DNA of 50,820 bases from a bacterium (GTDB lineage Bacteria; Patescibacteriota; Minisyncoccia; UBA6257; 02-FULL-45-10c), in NCBI GenBank assembly GCA_030646915.1, contig JAUSKT010000019.1:1-50820 (forward strand), read 5' to 3'. The number at the start of each line of letters is the position of its first letter. Within the stretch, counting starts at the first letter, position 1. Shown here one piece after another: positions 11,315-20,105 of the stretch. The notes beneath the pieces are model-generated. The model was not told the origin of the DNA and did not search any database. It worked only from the letters and a program-made list of their open reading frames with translations. Both the position numbers and the translations under genes were made by a program.

Positions 11315-11656
11315 GTGAGTCTTAAGCGGGGCTCAGAAGAAGAATTTGAAAAATGGCGGTTAAAAATGCTAAATGCCAAGAGAACGAACATTTTAGAAAG
11401 TTTCGCAGAAGTCTGCCAGTTGCTGGAAAGCGGTTGTTTAGAAGAGAAAGTGGCGGAAAAATTAGCCAAAGTTAAATTAAAAACAAAAATTAAGCTTAAG
11501 GATTTAGGATATCTTGCTCTTGCCATCTCGGCATTTCACGAAAGAGGAGCCCCCTTTAGATTTAATTGGAATAAATTTTGGCAAGGCGAAGATTGGGCTT
11601 TGGATATGGAGTTATCTGAAAAAAGAGTTTTTGATCCATATGGCGAAAAAGAATAA
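11315..11656 (+). CDS. Hypothetical protein
   Basis: 113 aa, GTG start after AAAGGA, followed by hairpin atcccc-attac-ggggat plus T-run. Confidence 0.55.
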   Translation: MSLKRGSEEEFEKWRLKMLNAKRTNILESFAEVCQLLESGCLEEKVAEKLAKVKLKTKIKLKDLGYLALAISAFHERGAPFRFNWNKFWQGEDWALDMELSEKRVFDPYGEKE

Positions 11657-11711
11657 TCCCCATTACGGGGATTTATTTTTTTAGAAATTAGTGATAAAGT
11701 TTATTTAAAAT

Positions 11712-11771
11712 GCGGTGGTAGCTTATCACCGCCTACGGCGGGACCCCGCCAACGGCGGTGGGCGGCGTGAG
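11712..11771 (+). repeat. tRNA-Asp 5'-end look-alike plus GC palindrome cluster
   Basis: gcggtggtagctta matches tRNA nt 1-14 at 13/14; followed by ccgcc-tac-ggcgg and ccgcc-aac-ggcgg, then TATAAT at 11772. Confidence 0.65.
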
Positions 11772-11786
11772 TATAATTAAAATATT

Positions 11787-11860
11787 GCGGTAGTAGCTTA
11801 GCGGCCTAAAGCGCCTCCCTGTCACGGAGGAGACCGTGGGTTCAAATCCCATCTACCGCG
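11787..11860 (+). tRNA. tRNA-Asp(GTC)
   Basis: Acceptor gcggtag/ctaccgc; anticodon arm cctcc-ctGTCac-ggagg; T arm gtggg-ttcaaat-cccat; G73; CCA not encoded. Confidence 0.95.
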
Positions 11861-11867
11861 CAAAATT

Positions 11868-11891
11868 AAAACTAGCTTTAAGCTAGTTTTT
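11868..11891 (+). terminator. Terminator after tRNA-Asp
   Basis: aaaactagct-tta-agctagtttt. Confidence 0.7.
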
Positions 11892-11951
11892 CTTTGCTTA
11901 AACATCAATAATCCCTTAATATGAAATCAGTTTTTTGAATCAACAAAATTC

Positions 11952-12377
11952 ATGGCAGATCCTAGGTTTGCGCCTTTTGTGGTTGTATTTGTAGTTTCAG
12001 GATCAATTTTTGTAATGGGATTTTCGCTGTTTGTCTGGAAATTAGTGGAAAAATTTAAAAGAATTTATTGGAATTATAAAATAGCCAATTGGCTATATAG
12101 TTTGTGGGAAGATGCTTATCGCGCCGGCTATAATGACAAAATGCTCTATCGCCCTTATTCTTTTTCGGAGAATTTTATTGAACAATCCAGCGTGGTTTCT
12201 GAAATTATCAAGAATGGCTATTTGGAAGGCTATGACGATGGAATTATGCAAAAAGGGCATAAAGTTAATGAGTATAAATATTTCAGGAAAGAAAAATATC
12301 CTCCAGTTTGGGAATATATCCAAAGATTGGTTAAAGATTCAGATGAAAAGATTTTTAGATTAAAAACCCTGCAGTAG
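11952..12377 (+). CDS. Hypothetical membrane-anchored protein
   Basis: N-terminal TM; AYRAGYND / GYLEGYDDG motifs; shares a hairpin terminator with the convergent gene. Confidence 0.6.
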   Translation: MADPRFAPFVVVFVVSGSIFVMGFSLFVWKLVEKFKRIYWNYKIANWLYSLWEDAYRAGYNDKMLYRPYSFSENFIEQSSVVSEIIKNGYLEGYDDGIMQKGHKVNEYKYFRKEKYPPVWEYIQRLVKDSDEKIFRLKTLQ

Positions 12378-12384
12378 CGGGGTT

Positions 12385-12840
12385 TTATAATATTCGTTTA
12401 ATCATTACTATTGCCCCCATTTTTCCTGTAACTGAATCCAGATTTTCTTCTGTAATTTTTCCTTGCTTTGAAGACCCGTGGATTAAAGAATTACTGCCTG
12501 CATATAAAGCAACATGTCCAATATAGATTGTTCGTCCGCCAAACAAAGAATCTTCATAATGTCCTTTGCTGCCGCGGAAAAACAGCAAATCTCCAATTTG
12601 TAAATTAGAGATTTGCTGTCCTGAGCTTGCCGAAGGATTTACATTAATTTCCTTTCCTGCCCGGCTTGCCTGCAAAATAGTGCTTCTTTCAATATCTATC
12701 CCGATTTGCTTATAGGCGTATTGGGTAAAAGAAGAGCAATCCAATGCCTTGGGCATATCTTCCGACTTAGCGGCATATTTGTATGGAGTGCCGATTAGAG
12801 ATCGGGCAATATTTAAAATTTGTTCCTGATTTGAATTCAT
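12385..12840 (-). CDS. NlpC/P60 (C40) peptidase
   Basis: IGTPY, LDCSSFTQY, GDLLFF, GHVALY; no signal peptide. Confidence 0.92.
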   Translation of the reverse strand: MNSNQEQILNIARSLIGTPYKYAAKSEDMPKALDCSSFTQYAYKQIGIDIERSTILQASRAGKEINVNPSASSGQQISNLQIGDLLFFRGSKGHYEDSLFGGRTIYIGHVALYAGSNSLIHGSSKQGKITEENLDSVTGKMGAIVMIKRIL

Positions 12841-12866
12841 ATATATTTTCTATTATAGTATGAAAC

Positions 12867-12942
12867 AGCGGGGTAGAGCAGTAGTTAGCTCGCCTGGCTC
12901 ATAACCAGGAGGCCGTTGGTGCAAATCCAACCCCCGCGACCA
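12867..12942 (+). tRNA. tRNA-Met(CAT), probably initiator
   Basis: Unpaired 1:72; agcggggtagagcag 5' end typical of fMet; cctgg-ctCATaa-ccagg; encoded CCA. Confidence 0.9.
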
Positions 12943-12949
12943 CGCAAAA

Positions 12950-12980
12950 TAAAAATCCAGCCAAAAGGCTGGATTTTTAT
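12950..12980 (+). terminator. Terminator-like hairpin after tRNA-fMet
   Basis: taaaaatccagcc-aaaa-ggctggattttta. Confidence 0.75.
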
Positions 12981-13079
12981 CGCGTGGCGAGCCATAGGGC
13001 GAGACTCTTTGCGTGAGCCCCGCGATGAAATCATTGATTTCATTTTGCGGGGCAATGTGATATAAATATTAAAAAATAT

Positions 13080-13337
13080 ATGTATTATGTTTATGTTTTA
13101 GAGAATCAGGATGATAAAAGTTTTTATATAGGATTTACGATTGATTTGAGGCGACGGATTTCGGAACATAATGATGGTAGAGGCGGCAGAACCACCAGCT
13201 TAAAAAAGCATTGGAAAATTATTTATTTTGAAGGCTATTTAAATAAGTCAGATGCTTTGGGGCGTGAGAAATTTTTAAAAGGGGGTTCTGGAAGAAAATA
13301 TTTGAATAAGCAGTTAAGACATTATTTTAGTTTTTAA
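13080..13337 (+). CDS. Small stand-alone GIY-YIG nuclease
   Basis: YYVYVL..FYIGFT.DL.RR..EHN.G...ALGREKFLK.G.GR. Confidence 0.92.
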   Translation: MYYVYVLENQDDKSFYIGFTIDLRRRISEHNDGRGGRTTSLKKHWKIIYFEGYLNKSDALGREKFLKGGSGRKYLNKQLRHYFSF

Positions 13338-13429
13338 CATCCTGATTCTCTGCCGCATATTTTAACAAAAAAATACTCGAAAAGATATTTTTTGAATTTT
13401 ATCTTCATTTATTTTATATTGATATAGTC

Positions 13430-13501
13430 GCCTGTGTAGCTCAGTGGTAGAGCGAGGTCTTCATAAGGCCGAGGTCGCAGGTTCGATCCCTGCCACAGGC
13501 A
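13430..13501 (+). tRNA. tRNA with CAT anticodon (elongator Met or Ile2)
   Basis: gcctgtg/cacaggc acceptor; tagctcagtggtagagc D arm; ttCATaa loop; gcagg-ttcgatc-cctgc. Confidence 0.9.
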
Positions 13502-13545
13502 CATTGAACAAGGCTTTAGGTTGCCTTATAATTTAAAAATCAGAA

Positions 13546-14163
13546 ATGAGGCGTTATTTTGGCACATTGGCAGTTTTAATTTTTTCCGGCATTGGCCTTT
13601 ATTTAGTCTTTAATAAGGAGAATGTTTCCAGCTATCGATTTCCCAACTCCTTAAATTTAAAAGGCCGGGAAATTGTTTCAAATTTGAGGGGTTTTACCAG
13701 CAGTTTAGCGAGCAGCACTCTTGCTGTAACTTCTGGAGCAAAGGATAAATTAATCAGCCAAATCAGCAAAAAAAGTGAAGAGTTATTTTCTAGGGCCGTA
13801 GAAGGGGCAAAGACTCAAGCTTTTAATCTGGTAAAACAGGAGGTCAATAAAAATGTTGATAATTTAGGCCAAAATTTTGGCATTAGCTTAGGGGGCTCTA
13901 ATTCAGAAGTTCCTTCCCCCATAACTTTTGCAATAAAAATTAATCAGCCTGCATATTTTACTGTTAAAAATACCGAATCAACAGCAGTAGAATATGAAAT
14001 AGATTGGCAGGATAATTTAAAGGATAGCGGGCAATTAAGCGCTAACACGGGGAAAACCCTGTCTCATCAATGGAAGAACCCCGGAATTTATGAACCAATA
14101 TTTAAAATTATAAAAAAAGACGGACAATCAGAAGAACACAAAGTAGTTATTTCTATATTTTAA
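13546..14163 (+). CDS. Membrane-anchored protein with C-terminal PKD-like domain
   Basis: N-terminal TM; YEIDWQD...LSHQWKNPGIY. Confidence 0.7.
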   Translation: MRRYFGTLAVLIFSGIGLYLVFNKENVSSYRFPNSLNLKGREIVSNLRGFTSSLASSTLAVTSGAKDKLISQISKKSEELFSRAVEGAKTQAFNLVKQEVNKNVDNLGQNFGISLGGSNSEVPSPITFAIKINQPAYFTVKNTESTAVEYEIDWQDNLKDSGQLSANTGKTLSHQWKNPGIYEPIFKIIKKDGQSEEHKVVISIF

Positions 14164-14169
14164 TTTATG

Positions 14170-14312
14170 CCAGGTAGTAGAACTGCGACTAGAATTTAAC
14201 TAAATCAATTCGCGTTATGTATCTAGATTAAATATGTTGGTATTAATATAATAGTTTGTCATAATTAAATAATGTTAAATTCTGCGAATTGCATCGCAGT
14301 TTCACTACCTGG
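14170..14312. mobile_element. MITE-like element on the pheS start codon (second TIR family)
   Basis: ccaggtagtagaactgcga..agaatttaac / gttaaattct..tcgcagtttcactacctgg; TATG directly repeated at 14166-14169 and 14313-14316. Confidence 0.75.
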
Positions 14313-14313
14313 T

Positions 14314-15477
14314 ATGTTAGAAGATTTAAAAAAACTAAAAACTGAAGCTCAAAAATTCTTAAAAGAAGTTAAAGATTCCAAAGAATTGGAAAATTTGAGA
14401 GTTAAATATTTAGGCAGAAAAGGGGAGCTGAATAAATTTTTTGATGTTTTAAAAAGCCTGTCTCTTGAAGAAAAGCGGAAATTTGCGCCTCCGCTTCAAA
14501 AATTAAAAAAAGAATTGGAAGAAATTTTGGATAAGAAAATTTCTGAACTTAGCCAATCTTTAAAATCTTCCGGCGGATTGGATATTACGATGCCAGGAAA
14601 GAAAATGTCCATGGGGCATTTGCATCCGCTGACAATTGTTGAAAAAGAAATCAGAGAAATTTTTAAAGCAATGAATTTTTCTGTAGTTGAAGGTCCGGAA
14701 GTGGAATCCGAATACTATAATTTTGACGCTTTAAATATTCCCAAAAGCCATCCAGCAAGAGATATGTGGGATACTTTCTGGTTACGAAGTAACCAGAAAC
14801 AATTGACAATTGACAATAAACAAATAACCAGCGGTAAAAGGTCAAATGTCAAAGGTCAAATGTTATTAAGGACTCATACCAGCCCAGTTCAGATCCGATA
14901 CATGGAACAGCATAAGCCCCCATTTCAAATAATTGTTCCCGGCAGAGTATTTCGTTTTGAAGCTACTGATGCCTCCCATGAAATCAATTTTTATCAGGTT
15001 GAGGGCTTAATGGTCGGGAAAGATGTGAATTTAGCGAATTTTAAATTTGTCATCCAGGAATTTTTTCAGAGGCTTTTTAAGAAAAATCTTAAAATCCGGC
15101 TTCGGCCAAGTTACTTTCCATTTGTTGAGCCCGGCTTAGAAGTGGATGTGCAATGCATCAGATGTGAGGGAACTGGAAGATTAGACGGCCCCGTAAAATC
15201 TGCTTCGCAGATCACGGGGCTCACTCAAAAGGGCTTGCCACGAGGGGGCGAAGCCCCTTTTCGTGGCTGTAATCTTTGCAAGGAATCCGGTTGGCTGGAA
15301 GTAATGGGCGCTGGAATGGTTCATCCGAGAGTTTTTGAGTCCGCGGGATATAATCCAAAAGATTTGCAAGGATTTGCTTTTGGTTTGGGATTAGAAAGAA
15401 TCGCCATGATTAAATATAATATTCCAGACATCCGCTTATTTTATTCCGGAGATTTAAGATTTATAAGACAGTTCTAA
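14314..15477 (+). CDS. pheS: Phenylalanyl-tRNA synthetase alpha subunit with two in-frame insertions
   Basis: GHLHP, HPARD, LLRTHTS, FPFVEP, GFAFGLGLER; ATG 14314 preferred because ATG 14272 lies within the MITE. Confidence 0.97.
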   Translation: MLEDLKKLKTEAQKFLKEVKDSKELENLRVKYLGRKGELNKFFDVLKSLSLEEKRKFAPPLQKLKKELEEILDKKISELSQSLKSSGGLDITMPGKKMSMGHLHPLTIVEKEIREIFKAMNFSVVEGPEVESEYYNFDALNIPKSHPARDMWDTFWLRSNQKQLTIDNKQITSGKRSNVKGQMLLRTHTSPVQIRYMEQHKPPFQIIVPGRVFRFEATDASHEINFYQVEGLMVGKDVNLANFKFVIQEFFQRLFKKNLKIRLRPSYFPFVEPGLEVDVQCIRCEGTGRLDGPVKSASQITGLTQKGLPRGGEAPFRGCNLCKESGWLEVMGAGMVHPRVFESAGYNPKDLQGFAFGLGLERIAMIKYNIPDIRLFYSGDLRFIRQF

Positions 15478-15484
15478 TAATAGA

Positions 15485-17482
15485 ATGAAATTTTCTTTTT
15501 CTTTAATTAAAAAATTAGCGCCTGGCAAATACACCAAATCCGAATTGGTTGAAAAGTTTAATTTGCATTTGTTTGAAACCGTAGATTTAGGAGGCGATGC
15601 TTTGGAAATTGTAGTTTCGCCGAACCGTTTCAGCGATGCTGCGTCTCATCTGGGGATTGCGATGGAAACAGCGGCTATTTTTGGAACTAAATTATCAGAT
15701 CCTAATTCGGGCGAGTTGAAATTTAATTCAAAAAGTCCGGGAGTTTTTCGGGTAAATATCCAGGATAAGAAATTAAGCAGGCGGTATTTGGCTGGTTATG
15801 TTTCCGAGGTTAAAATTGCTTCTTCTCCGATTTGGTTGAAAGAAATTTTGGAAACCTGCGGGCTTCGTTCAATTAATAATGTCGTTGATATTATGAATTA
15901 TGTAATGCTGAAAACCGGCCAGCCAATGCATGCTTTTGACGCGGATAAGGTTTCCGGAGGAATCGTTGTTCGGAAAGCAAAAAAAGGAGAAAAAATTGAT
16001 ACAATTGATAACCAGACTTTTTCTTTAGATAAAGAAATGCTGGTGATTGCGGACGCTAAAAAGAATCTGGCGATTGCCGGCATTAAGGGCGGAAAAAATA
16101 GTGAAATTGATTCTAATACCAAAAGAATTTTGGTTGAATCAGCTAATTTTGACAGCGCCAGCATTTATGACACTTCCAAAAAATTAGGATTGCGGACAGA
16201 CGCTTCGGTGAGATTTTCTCACAATCTTAGTCCAGAACTTGCTGAATTGGGAATAAAAACTGCCTTGGATTTGCTCCAAAAATTTGCCGGAGGGAAAATT
16301 CATCCCTATATTGATGTTTATCCAAAAAAACAATCTAAAAAATTATTACGGCTGGATATTGATAAAATGGCAAGTTTAATCGGGAAAGATTTAAAAGAAA
16401 AAGAAGTTGTAAATTTACTGAGCCAGCTGGGCTTTTCCGCCAAAGGCGGATTCGCCTCAGGAGGAAAAAAGCAAGGCAAGAATATAGAAGTTCCGGCTTT
16501 GCGGACGGACATTAACGATTCGGAAGATTTAGCAGAAGAGGTGGCGAGGCTGATTGGTTACAATAATTTAATTGCAAAGCCTCCTGCGGTTGCTTTAGGA
16601 TTCGCAGCCGAAGAAGAATTAATTTTGCTTAAAGACAGAATTAGGAATTTTTTGGCTGGAGCGGGGTTTAGTGAAGTTTATAATTATTCACTAATTTCCA
16701 AAGAAGATTTGGCCTTGGGGCCGGTAAAGATTTTTGGAAGCGGAGATGGCGTATTACTAGCAAATCCTATGAGCCGGCAATTGGCAGTGTTAAGAGACAG
16801 CCTTTCGCCTGGATTACTGAAAAACTTAAAAGATAATTTAAGATTTTTTGAAGAAGTCAGAATTTTTGAAATTGGCAATGTTTTCAGCCAGTCAAAAACC
16901 GGAACAGACGAAAAAACTCTTTTGGGGATTGCATTGGCGTCAAAAAATGCAGTTTTAGAATTGAAGGGATTACTAGATATTTTATTGGAGAAATTGGGGT
17001 TGGTGGATTATTTTTTGCCGGATTTAAATTATGACAATAAGCTTTTGAAAACTGGGGAGTCTTTAAGAATTGAAACTGGCGATCACAAAGTTTTGGGGTA
17101 TATGGGGTCGGTCCATGGAGTTAAAGGCGCAATTTTAGAATTAGATCTGGGAAAATTATTAAAATTAGTTGACGAAGAAAAAGAATACGAACCGCTTTCA
17201 AAATTTCCTTCCGTAATGAGGGATATTTCGATTTTAGCAGATAATCAAATTAGAGTTGGGGAAATTCTGGCAATGATTCAACGCATTAGTCTGAAATTAG
17301 TAGAAGATGTAGATTTGATTGATTGGTATCAAGATGAAAAATTAGGAGATAATAAAAAAAGTTTAACCTTTCGGATTGTTTTTCGCGCAGAAGACAGGAC
17401 TTTAACTGACCAGGAAGTGGATCGGGAAATGGCTGCAATTAATCAAATTTTAATTAATAAGTTTGATGTAGAATTAAGGTAA
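15485..17482 (+). CDS. pheT: Phenylalanyl-tRNA synthetase beta subunit (short form)
   Basis: PNR.D, INNVVDI.NYVM...GQPMHAFD, DLAEEVARL.GY, C-terminal FDX-ACB; 665 aa. Confidence 0.96.
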   Translation: MKFSFSLIKKLAPGKYTKSELVEKFNLHLFETVDLGGDALEIVVSPNRFSDAASHLGIAMETAAIFGTKLSDPNSGELKFNSKSPGVFRVNIQDKKLSRRYLAGYVSEVKIASSPIWLKEILETCGLRSINNVVDIMNYVMLKTGQPMHAFDADKVSGGIVVRKAKKGEKIDTIDNQTFSLDKEMLVIADAKKNLAIAGIKGGKNSEIDSNTKRILVESANFDSASIYDTSKKLGLRTDASVRFSHNLSPELAELGIKTALDLLQKFAGGKIHPYIDVYPKKQSKKLLRLDIDKMASLIGKDLKEKEVVNLLSQLGFSAKGGFASGGKKQGKNIEVPALRTDINDSEDLAEEVARLIGYNNLIAKPPAVALGFAAEEELILLKDRIRNFLAGAGFSEVYNYSLISKEDLALGPVKIFGSGDGVLLANPMSRQLAVLRDSLSPGLLKNLKDNLRFFEEVRIFEIGNVFSQSKTGTDEKTLLGIALASKNAVLELKGLLDILLEKLGLVDYFLPDLNYDNKLLKTGESLRIETGDHKVLGYMGSVHGVKGAILELDLGKLLKLVDEEKEYEPLSKFPSVMRDISILADNQIRVGEILAMIQRISLKLVEDVDLIDWYQDEKLGDNKKSLTFRIVFRAEDRTLTDQEVDREMAAINQILINKFDVELR

Positions 17483-17498
17483 TTATTTTTTAAATACT

Positions 17499-17825
17499 AT
17501 GGATAAATTTGAAAACGGCATTCCTAAAATAGAACATTTAACGCCTCATTCTGAAGAACTTAATAAGCTGGAAGAAAAAGCAGTGCAATATTTGACGCAG
17601 CGGACTTTATATAAAGAAGATTCAATAAAGGGATTAGAAAAAGCCATGCAGTTGGAAGATGTGGACAATATCCTTTATTTTAGGAATGAAATTAAAAAAT
17701 CAGAAGAAGAAATTGAAAGCGGAAAAGGATTATTGAAGGCTATAGATGAGCGGCGAAAGGGTTATAATGTTGCCCAGCAGCTTTCTAAAGAAGCCAGTAA
17801 AGATTTTAAAGATAAAAAAGATTGA
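17499..17825 (+). CDS. Hypothetical charged helical protein
   Basis: 108-aa E/K-rich ORF filling the pheT-gyrB gap. Confidence 0.55.
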   Translation: MDKFENGIPKIEHLTPHSEELNKLEEKAVQYLTQRTLYKEDSIKGLEKAMQLEDVDNILYFRNEIKKSEEEIESGKGLLKAIDERRKGYNVAQQLSKEASKDFKDKKD

Positions 17826-17906
17826 TTTTTTGTTTGCTTTTGGGATAGGAATTTGCTATAGTTTAAATATAAAAAGCGGAGGCTTTTTTAGTTTGGGGAA
17901 TATATT

Positions 17907-19865
17907 ATGGCAAAAAATAAAGAAGAAAAATCAAAAAAAAATCCTTCAGTGGCGGGGCAACCATCTTATACCGCCAAAGATATTTATGTTTTAACGGGTT
18001 TGGATCCAGTCCGAAAGAGGCCGGGTATGTATATCGGCTCTACCGGAGTAGAGGGCCTGCATCATTTAATCTGGGAAGTAGTAGATAATTCTATAGACGA
18101 AGCAATGGCCGGATACGCAAAAAATATCCGGGTAGATTTATTGCCGGGGAATAAAATCAGCGTGGAAGACGACGGCCGCGGCATTCCAGTGGAAACCCAC
18201 AAGCAAACTAAGAAATCGGCCTTAGAAACGGTCTTGACCACATTGCATGCTGGCGGAAAATTCGGCGGTGATTCCTATAAAGTTTCCGGCGGCTTGCACG
18301 GAGTTGGCGTTTCGGTGGTAAATGCCTTATCGATTTGGCTTAAGGTGGAAGTTTGCCGTGATGGAGATATTTGGGCGCAGGAATACGAAAGGGGAAAGCC
18401 TAAATATAAAGTTAAGAAAGTTGGAAAATCTAAAACGACTGGCACTAAAGTAACTTTTATTCCCGATAGTGAAATTTTCGCAAAAATTGAATGGAATCTA
18501 AAAACTATTATTGATCATCTTAGGCAGCAAGCATTTTTAACCAAAGGAGTAAAATTAGAGATTGTGGACCAGCGGGAATTGCCGGCTAATTATCAAGGAT
18601 TTTATTTTGACGGCGGGCTTTTATCTTTTATTAAATATTTAAATCAAACTGAAAAGCCGCTGCAAGAAGATCCTTTTTATGTCCAAAAGGAATATGAAAA
18701 AATAGATGTGGAAATTGCTTTTTTATATAATGATGAATTAGAAATGAGAGAATTGAGTTTTGCGAATAATATTTACACTCCTGACGGCGGAATGCATTTG
18801 ACTGGTTTTCGCTCCGCATTAACCAGAACTTTAAATGATTACGCTGGAAAAGAAGGCTATATTAAGGGCAAAGATGAGGGTCTTACCGGTGATGATGTAA
18901 GAGAGGGGCTTTCGGCAATTATAGCCGTAAGGCTACGAGAGCCGCAATTTGAAGGCCAAACCAAGGCCAGGCTTGGCAACCCTCCGGCAAGAACTGCGGT
19001 AGAAAGCGTAGCTGGAGAAGCTTTAAAGGATTGGCTTGAGCGCCACCCGGCTGATGGAAGGAGAATTATTGAAAAGTGCCTGCTTGCGGCTAAGGCCAGA
19101 AAGGCTGCCAAGGCGGCGAAAGACACAGTGCTTAGAAAGGGCGTTTTAGACGGCCTAACTTTGCCAGGAAAATTAGCAGATTGTATTTCTAAAGATCCGT
19201 CGGAATCCGAATTATTTATAGTTGAGGGCGATAGCGCAGGAGGCAGCGCCAAACAAGGGCGGGATCGGCGGACTCAGGCAATTTTGCCGTTAAAAGGCAA
19301 GATTTTAAATGTGGAAAAATCCAGGATTGATAAAATGCTTTTAAATAAAGAAATTAGAGCTTTAGTTGTTGCCTTAGGTACCGCAATCGCGGAATCTTTT
19401 GACCTCACTAATCTTCGCTACCATAAAATTATTTTAATGACCGACGCGGATGTGGATGGCGCGCATATCAGGACTTTGCTTTTGACTTTGCTTTACAGAT
19501 ATTTACAGCCGTTAATCACTAATGGGCATGTTTATATCGCCCAGCCTCCGCTTTATAAAATTCAAAAAGGAAAAGAATCCCAATATGTTTATAGTGATAA
19601 TGAAAAAGAAAAATTGATTAAAAAACTTTCTTCCGGAAATAGCGATAAAATTAATATTCAGCGGTATAAAGGTTTGGGAGAAATGAATCCAAGCCAGCTT
19701 TGGGAAACTACAATGGAACCGGCAAATAGGGTTTTAAGGCAAGTAAAAGTTGCGGATGCGGTTGCGGCAGATAAGCTTTTTGATATTTTAATGGGCCAAG
19801 AAGTTGAGCCACGGAGGAATTTCATCCAAGCCAGGGCATTATTGGTTAAAAATTTAGATATTTAA
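17907..19865 (+). CDS. gyrB: DNA gyrase subunit B
   Basis: VRKRPGMYIG, EVVDNSIDE, EGDSAGG, PLKGKILN, TDADVDG, QRYKGLGEM. Confidence 0.97.
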   Translation: MAKNKEEKSKKNPSVAGQPSYTAKDIYVLTGLDPVRKRPGMYIGSTGVEGLHHLIWEVVDNSIDEAMAGYAKNIRVDLLPGNKISVEDDGRGIPVETHKQTKKSALETVLTTLHAGGKFGGDSYKVSGGLHGVGVSVVNALSIWLKVEVCRDGDIWAQEYERGKPKYKVKKVGKSKTTGTKVTFIPDSEIFAKIEWNLKTIIDHLRQQAFLTKGVKLEIVDQRELPANYQGFYFDGGLLSFIKYLNQTEKPLQEDPFYVQKEYEKIDVEIAFLYNDELEMRELSFANNIYTPDGGMHLTGFRSALTRTLNDYAGKEGYIKGKDEGLTGDDVREGLSAIIAVRLREPQFEGQTKARLGNPPARTAVESVAGEALKDWLERHPADGRRIIEKCLLAAKARKAAKAAKDTVLRKGVLDGLTLPGKLADCISKDPSESELFIVEGDSAGGSAKQGRDRRTQAILPLKGKILNVEKSRIDKMLLNKEIRALVVALGTAIAESFDLTNLRYHKIILMTDADVDGAHIRTLLLTLLYRYLQPLITNGHVYIAQPPLYKIQKGKESQYVYSDNEKEKLIKKLSSGNSDKINIQRYKGLGEMNPSQLWETTMEPANRVLRQVKVADAVAADKLFDILMGQEVEPRRNFIQARALLVKNLDI

Positions 19866-19913
19866 TATTTGACACGAGATAAAAATTACTATATAATATA
19901 AACTATCAATTTT

Positions 19914-20102
19914 ATGTTTACAAAATTAACCTCATTTTTACAAGAATCTAAACAAGAATTACTGAGAGTGAATTGGCCAAGCAGGGAAGAAACTGTCCGA
20001 TTAACTGCTGTTGTTATTGGTATTTCTCTTTTAGTGGCGTTTTTCTTAGGCGCCTTAGACTTTGTATTTGCGCGGTTATTAGAGATATTAATTCTTAATT
20101 AA
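19914..20102 (+). CDS. secE: Preprotein translocase SecE
   Basis: EL.RVNWP.R.E plus one TM; precedes nusG. Confidence 0.93.
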   Translation: MFTKLTSFLQESKQELLRVNWPSREETVRLTAVVIGISLLVAFFLGALDFVFARLLEILILN

Positions 20103-20105
20103 AAA

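Noticed and set aside
14173-14309. IS1-family assignment for the pheS element (GGTAGT..ACTACC ends)
   Set aside because: No 8-9 bp target duplication at those boundaries and no transposase; family left unassigned
14272-14313. Longer N-termini from the ORF track (pheS 14272; also 2209, 21820, 34519, 37864)
   Set aside because: Extensions lie in a MITE or upstream gene/promoter; downstream ATGs fit family starts better
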